Source: Lama guanicoe (taxonomy: Eukaryota). Taken from it: a stretch of DNA of 64,000 nt. Within the stretch, counting starts at the first letter, position 1; every line of letters begins with the position of its first letter. The notes under the pieces are model-generated. The model saw only the letters and a program-made list of their open reading frames with translations, made no database searches and had not been told where the DNA came from. Positions 58,529 through 64,000 of this stretch are shown in pieces. A program made the translations under genes and the position numbers. The DNA lies in NCBI GenBank assembly GCA_013239625.1, contig MU053934.1:10065352-10129351 (forward strand), written 5' to 3'.

Positions 58529-60329
58529 GAGCTGTTTCTGCGGAGAGGCGGGGGCTCCTGTGGGGGGGTCTCGCTGCCTCCTGGGCCTGGGGAGGGGCCC
58601 ACTGGGGGCTCTCTGCGGGAGCAGGTGTGCGCCCTCACCACTCTGCTAAGTCCGCGCCCACTCTCTCTTCCGCTCCCCATCGCCCCGGTTTCTGTTGGCA
58701 TTTCTTGTCTGCTCCTGTCTCCTCACTGCCCTTGTCTTTGCTGGTAGCATTATTCCTTCACTGTTGATGAGGTGGAGGGTGGGGGCAGAGATAAATCTAC
58801 TAGGTTGTAACTTGGCTTCAAGGTGCCTCTCAAGCAGCAACTCCTTCCTGATGTCACCTTCTCCAGGGAGGGGCCCCACTCTGCCCTGGTGTCCCTCATC
58901 CCCAGTGCACCCCTTCGCACTTGCACTCCTGGGTGCTCCTCCCTCCTTGCCAGTGAGCCCCCGGCGGGGAGGAATGGGGTCTCCCCCTGCCTCCTGAGGC
59001 TCCCTCAGAGCCGCTGTGTGTTCACCGACTGGATAAACCCATGTGTGCGATGGACTCGGAGTGGGGCCGTGTTTACGTGGCTTTGGCCCCGGAGGCAACC
59101 ACACAGGGGCGCTCAGTGAATGCTGCTCAGAAGGGGTGATTTACGAGCCGCCCCGTGGCTTTCAGGAACGAGAAGTGCGCTTGTCCTGCAGGCGCTTCTG
59201 GTGCCGGGGGCAGCTCAGCCTCTGGGTTAGACTCGCTTGGGAGCCCCGGCGATCGAAACGGACACACACGTCTTGTTCCTGTTCAGTGTTTCTCCTCGGT
59301 TCTGTTGCCGCAGAAGGTTTAAAAAATAAGAATGGAAACCAGTAGAGAAGAGATGCAGATCCTGACTCCTGCATGTAAAACGGACGGACAAGGCGCTGCC
59401 GAGCGGCACGGGGAGCTCTGCTCTGCACCTTGTCGTGACCTGTGGTGAGAAAGGACGCGACGGGGGCGTGCGTCTCGTGCGACTGAGTCACTGTGCCGCG
59501 CACCGGAAACCAGCGCAACACTGCACAGCAGCTACACTTCAGTTAAGGACAGAGATGAGTACTCGTTAAAGAAAAAAAGAACCAGCTTAAATTATGGGTT
59601 GATTTTTCTGTTATTCCTGGCTTTTCAGAAAAAAGGAACTTACAATCATTGGGAGCTCCCGCATACACCACTTTGTGACAGGTTTCTGGTTCAGCCTCAA
59701 ATGCGGTGTTTTACGTCCAGTTAGGATGGATGTGTCTCAGGGGCTGTGTGGTTTGGCGCGTGGGGAGCAGTTACCTCAACAAGCGTGACAGACTCGTGCC
59801 CTCGCGTTTGCAGCGTCTGTCACTGTCTACAGGTGCTTCCCCACGTGTCGTCCCCTTGGTCCTTGTGAAAGTTCTGTGACTTGAGCAAGTCGGGTATTTT
59901 TGTTTTGTTACAAGTTTAAGAGGAAGAAACCGGAGCTCAAGGTAGGTTAGGAGGGCTGAGCGAGGCAAGCCGCGCAGATTCTTGCTGGCCAAGCTGGGCC
60001 TCGAGCCCGGGTCCGTCGGCTCCACGACCAGTGTTTGTCCCTCTGTTCCGTTCTGCTTCCTTCGGTCGGAGTGTCTGCTCGGACAGGCTCCTGGGAGTTT
60101 TATTGAGAAGAAAAGGCTCGCGACACAGGAGTCTGGAATTACCATACTGGTGGTGTTTTCATAAAAATATTTACAAATTTTATTCTTTTAGAAAGTGTAC
60201 TGTTGTCGAAGAAAGAAATTCTATTTATCATTCATTTTCTGCTTATTAAATTTTTTCTATCGCTTCCGTTTTCTCTCTTCAAGGACTAGTGATTTTGCAG
60301 TCTGATTGCAAGAAATGTGGGGACAGAAA

Positions 60330-61830
60330 GCTGAAAGAAAAGCCAAAATACATGCTTTAAACATAAGGACTCAGGCAGTTGAAATAAAAGGGTTGGAAAA
60401 AATATGCCAGAGAAGTATTAATCGTAAGAAAACTGATTTGCTTATAATAGTGTCAGGAAAAATAAACATCGAGGCAAGTTTTATTGGAGACAACAAGGGG
60501 TGTTTCATCATGATGAAGGGTTCAACTCATGAAGTAGAGATACCGTTCCTAAATGTGCAGGTCCCTAGTAATACAGCTCACGATGCATGAAGCAAACACA
60601 GGTGGAAATACAGAGAGGCAAATTCACAATCGTAGGCAGACATTTTAACGCTCTTCCCTGAGTAACTGATAGAATGGGTACATTTAGAAAATCAGTAAAG
60701 ATTTGGAAGACATGGATAGCACTGTGAGCCAACTGGATCTAACTGGTTTGTAGAACACCACACCACCGACTGGAGAGCGCAGGGTCTTCTCATGGACGCA
60801 CGGCACGTTCACCAAGTGGGCCACACGCTCTGCCAGAACAGGGCGTGATAGACATCAGAGCGGTCGAAGCGCTGAAGTAGTGCCAAGTCCATCTGACCGA
60901 ATGCTTGGTCTAGTACGACACCCAGGAAGTCCTCAAGTATTTGGAGATTTGTCAGCATACGTCTAAGTAACTCACGGATCAAAGAAATCACAAGGGAAAT
61001 TGGGAAGTATTTCCAACTGAATGATAATGGCAGCACATATCAAAATGTGTGTGATGCAACTAAAATCGTGCTTGAAGGGAAATTTTGCCTTTAAATGCCT
61101 CTATTAGAAAAGAATAGGAGTTCAAATCAGTGATCAAAGCGTCCACCTTAAGAAGTTAGGGAAAGAGGAGGAAATTAACTAAAACCAAGTAGAAGAAGGG
61201 AAATAAAATAAGGGTAGAAGTCAGTAGACTGGCAAATGGATAAACAAGAGCAAGAGCCAACTAAGTCTAAAATTAGGTTTTTGAAAAGGTCAATAAAAAC
61301 TTTTAGTTAGAGTTGACCAGTGGGAAAAAAGAGAACACACAAATTTCCAGCGTCCGAAAGGAAAGAGGAAACATCACTACAGACCCTACAGACATTACAG
61401 AAGAAAAAGGGGATATTGTTTACAACTTCATGCCAATAAATTCAAGAACTCACACGAAGTGGACGTATTTCTTGAGAGATCTGACCCAACAACCCAAACT
61501 GATTTAAGAGGAAATGGGAAACTTTTGTATCCCTGTAGCAATTTTAAAAACACATTTGTACAAAAAAACCAAAAACCAAAAAACACCTTCATGAGAGGAA
61601 AGTGTCAGGGTCCAATGGCTTTTAGTGAACACTGTCAAACAGGGAAGAAACAGTACCAGTTCTCCAGACGCTCTTTGAGAAGAGGGAGGGGAAAACACTT
61701 CTCAGCTCATTTCATTAAAGCAGCCTGACCCTGATACTGAACCGTTACAGAGACATCGTAAGAAAAGGAAACTAGCGACCAGTCTCCCTGATGAATATAG
61801 ACAAAACGTGGCCTTAAAAAATATGTTAAT
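60330..61830 (+). mobile_element. Degenerate L1 ORF2 (endonuclease and linker region)
   Basis: ORF 60306..60590 (IKGLEKICQ…GDNKGCFIMMKGSTH…LNVQVPSN) resembles the L1 APE endonuclease; ORF 61313..61507 (RKERGNITTDPTDI). Confidence 0.88.
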
Positions 61831-62563
61831 ACGTTGACTTCTGCTTTGACTCGTGGAGGATTAACTGCCAAAGGAATCGCTCTCCTGTTGTAACAGCTGG
61901 AAGACTGCACCAGGTTTGTGAAACAGCTGCCTTTGGACCGCGTAGAGCAGGCAATGCGGGACCCTGAGCCCCGCGAGAAGGGGACAAACGGGGTGAGCTT
62001 CGCATTCACTCCCGTGTACAGTGGGAGACGGTTTGCAGGCCGCAGCACAGGGAGGGGACCGGGGACTGGAGTCCAGAAAGCAGGAAGGGGGTTCCAGAGG
62101 CCGAGACAGAATGCATGGAATAGGACGCTGCAGAGCAGGGAGCTACCAGAGGTAGAGCCCGGGTGTCTGCAGAGGGTCCCTCCCAGTCCTTGGCGGGTGC
62201 TGATCTGTCACGGGTGGGGTGACATTCCATGCACCAGGGGAAGAGTCAGTGGAACAACACCTGGAGCCGCCGTGGTGCTGGCCGTGGGGTGTAGCTGGCC
62301 ATTGCTCTCTGCAGCTCCCTGGGACTGGAAGGTCACTGTCTCGTGGCTGAACGTGGGAGAAACCCTGTGTGAGCTGAGTGTGGGGCAGCGTCTGCAGGAG
62401 CCTATGTGGCAGGCACAGGGGGACCTGGGCCAGAGCAGCCCCCCTTCTGTCCCCCTTCACTCTGCTGAGACGGAGGACTTCCTGCCAGCTGGCCAAGCAG
62501 AAATACTTCCGGGGCCCAGGTCCATCACCACAGAGGCAATAAATTGCTAACTGGCACAACTGG

Positions 62564-62569
<6 letters not shown>

Positions 62570-62599
<30 letters not shown>
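62570..62599 (+). repeat. Perfect A30 homopolymer
   Basis: 30 uninterrupted A; AATAAA at 62538-62543. Confidence 0.95.
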
Positions 62600-62603
<4 letters not shown>

Positions 62604-62659
62604 AGGGAAGATGTGACCCAGGATCAGAAGGAAGGTCAACCATAGAAGCAGACCCACAG

Positions 62660-63200
62660 ATCAGCAACAAAAACATGAGCAGCCCAATCAAAAGCTGGGC
62701 GGAGGATTTCAGTGCAAACTTCACAGAAGGGATGGAAGTGGCCGGTGAGCACGTGGAAGTCTGTTCAACTGCAGCATCATTAGTCATCGCGGAACGGCTA
62801 GTTAACTCGTAATGAGATGCCATCTAACACTGAGTAGAATGGCTAAATTGAAAGTCCGACAAACACTAAAATTGGACCAGGATGTGGGAGCGGTGAAACT
62901 CTCACACGTTAATGGTGGGAGCTGTAAAATGGTACAACCACTTTGAAGGACCATAGGGCAGTTTTTTTTTTTTAACATTTTTTAAATTGAGTTACAGTCA
63001 TTTTACAATGTTGTGTCAAATCATAGGGCAGTTTTTTAATGAAGTTAAGCATGAACTTAGCATGAGCCAGCAGTCCCACGACTTCCTGTTTGCCTAATGG
63101 AGATAGAAGCGTAGCCTCGTGCAGCAGTGTGCACAGGAGCGCTCACGGCAGCTTGCCACGGAGGGAGAGCTTGCCAGGAGCCCAGATGTCTCTGGACAGG
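62660..63200 (+). mobile_element. Old L1M ORF2 C-terminal remnant
   Basis: agcccaatcaaaagctgggc…acttcacagaag…gagtagaatggctaaa…tgtaaaatggtacaaccactttgaa. Confidence 0.75.
62968..63021 (-). mobile_element. 54-bp ultra-truncated young L1 3' tip with perfect 16-bp TSD
   Basis: TSD CATAGGGCAGTTTTTT at 62952-62967 and 63022-63037. The insert matches the tip of the L1 at 63446 (…tcattttacaatgttgtgtcaaat). Confidence 0.9.
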
Positions 63201-63445
63201 CGATCTCTTCACCTTGGTTTTGCTCTTGCAACCCTACTGTCTTAATTGCTGTGGCTCTGGGGTGCGTTTCCTTGTGTGTGAAGGCAAGTTCTTGTACATT
63301 ACTCTTTTTGGAGATTTTATGGGCTGTTCTTATGCACTTGCTCTTCCAGACGATCCTTGGGTCAGCTCACTAAGTTTCAGAACACATACAGTGAAGCCTT
63401 TTGGAATTTTGATTGGCTTTGCATTGAACGTGAAGATTTTTTTTT

Positions 63446-63848
63446 AACATTTTTTATTGATTTATAATCATTTTACAATGTTGTGTCAAATTCCAGTGTT
63501 CAGCACAATTTTTCAGTCATTCATGGACATATACACACTCATAGTCACATTTTTTTCTCTGTGATTTATCATCACTTTTTGTGTTTATTTCCCTGTGCTA
63601 TACAGTGTAATCTTGTTTATCTATTCTACAATTTTGAAATCCCAGTCTATCCCTTCCCACCCTCTACCCCCCTGGTAACCACAAGTCTGTATTCTCTGTC
63701 CATGAGTCTTTAGATTCCACATATGAGCGATCTCATATGGTATTTTTCTTTCTCTTTCTGGCTTACTTCACTTAGAATGACATTCTCTAGGAGCATCCAT
63801 GTTGCTGTAAATGGCGTTATGTTGTCGGTTTTTATGGCTGAGTAGTAT
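63446..63848 (-). mobile_element. Young lineage-specific L1 3' end with TSD
   Basis: aacattttttattgatttataatcattttacaatgttgtgtcaaattccag…tagattccacatatgag…; TSD AAGATTTTTTTTT at 63433 and 63849. Confidence 0.9.
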
Positions 63849-64000
63849 AAGATTTTTTTTTTAATTGATGAACTTGAGCATTTTTGTAGGCGATGGTGAC
63901 GGCGTTGTGATTTTGAGTCTTAGCTCTACTGATACATCGTTTGTGTCTTCTTGCTTTTGTGGCCTAACTATCTCTTTGCTCATTGTTCCTCTTCCACTGT

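Larger units (their letters stand above)
1..64000 (+). other. TBC1D22A: Partial TBC1D22A gene body: 3' part of intron 1, exons 2-4, 5' part of long intron 4
   Basis: Three phase-compatible GT-AG exons encode the TBC1D22A N-terminal region. Neither the exon 1 peptide (recalled as MASDGARKQFWKR) nor the next exon (EELRRLSWSGIP) was found. Confidence 0.88.

Noticed and set aside
60306..61830. Active LINE-1 ORF2
   Set aside because: Multiple stops and frameshifts; fragmentary.

Overview
Mammalian genomic DNA, GC- and CpG-rich, probably from a camelid: four tRNA-Ala-like SINEs resemble the camelid vic-1 family (inference). The whole window appears to lie inside TBC1D22A (a Rab-GAP) on the + strand. 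It holds the end of intron 1, coding exons 2-4 (11731-11787, 12592-12932, 15101-15283) and about 49 kb of intron 4. Exon 1 and the TBC-domain exons were not found. The rest is L1, L2, MIR, MLT1, MER20 and ERV-LTR remnants, microsatellites and a 94-N assembly gap. Almost all ORFs in the track are GC-rich noise or L1 fragments. I see no evidence of a new protein-coding system. The most unusual structures are: a 39-bp inverted repeat enclosing 1.1 kb; a CRISPR-looking ABABAB dimeric minisatellite; three retroelements apparently inserted serially at one target site; old AT-rich repeats that seem converted into CpG-rich patches; an antisense solo LTR with tandem TGACAG motifs; and several candidate cryptic or poison exons. 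Repeat family names and human comparisons come from recall, not database searches.
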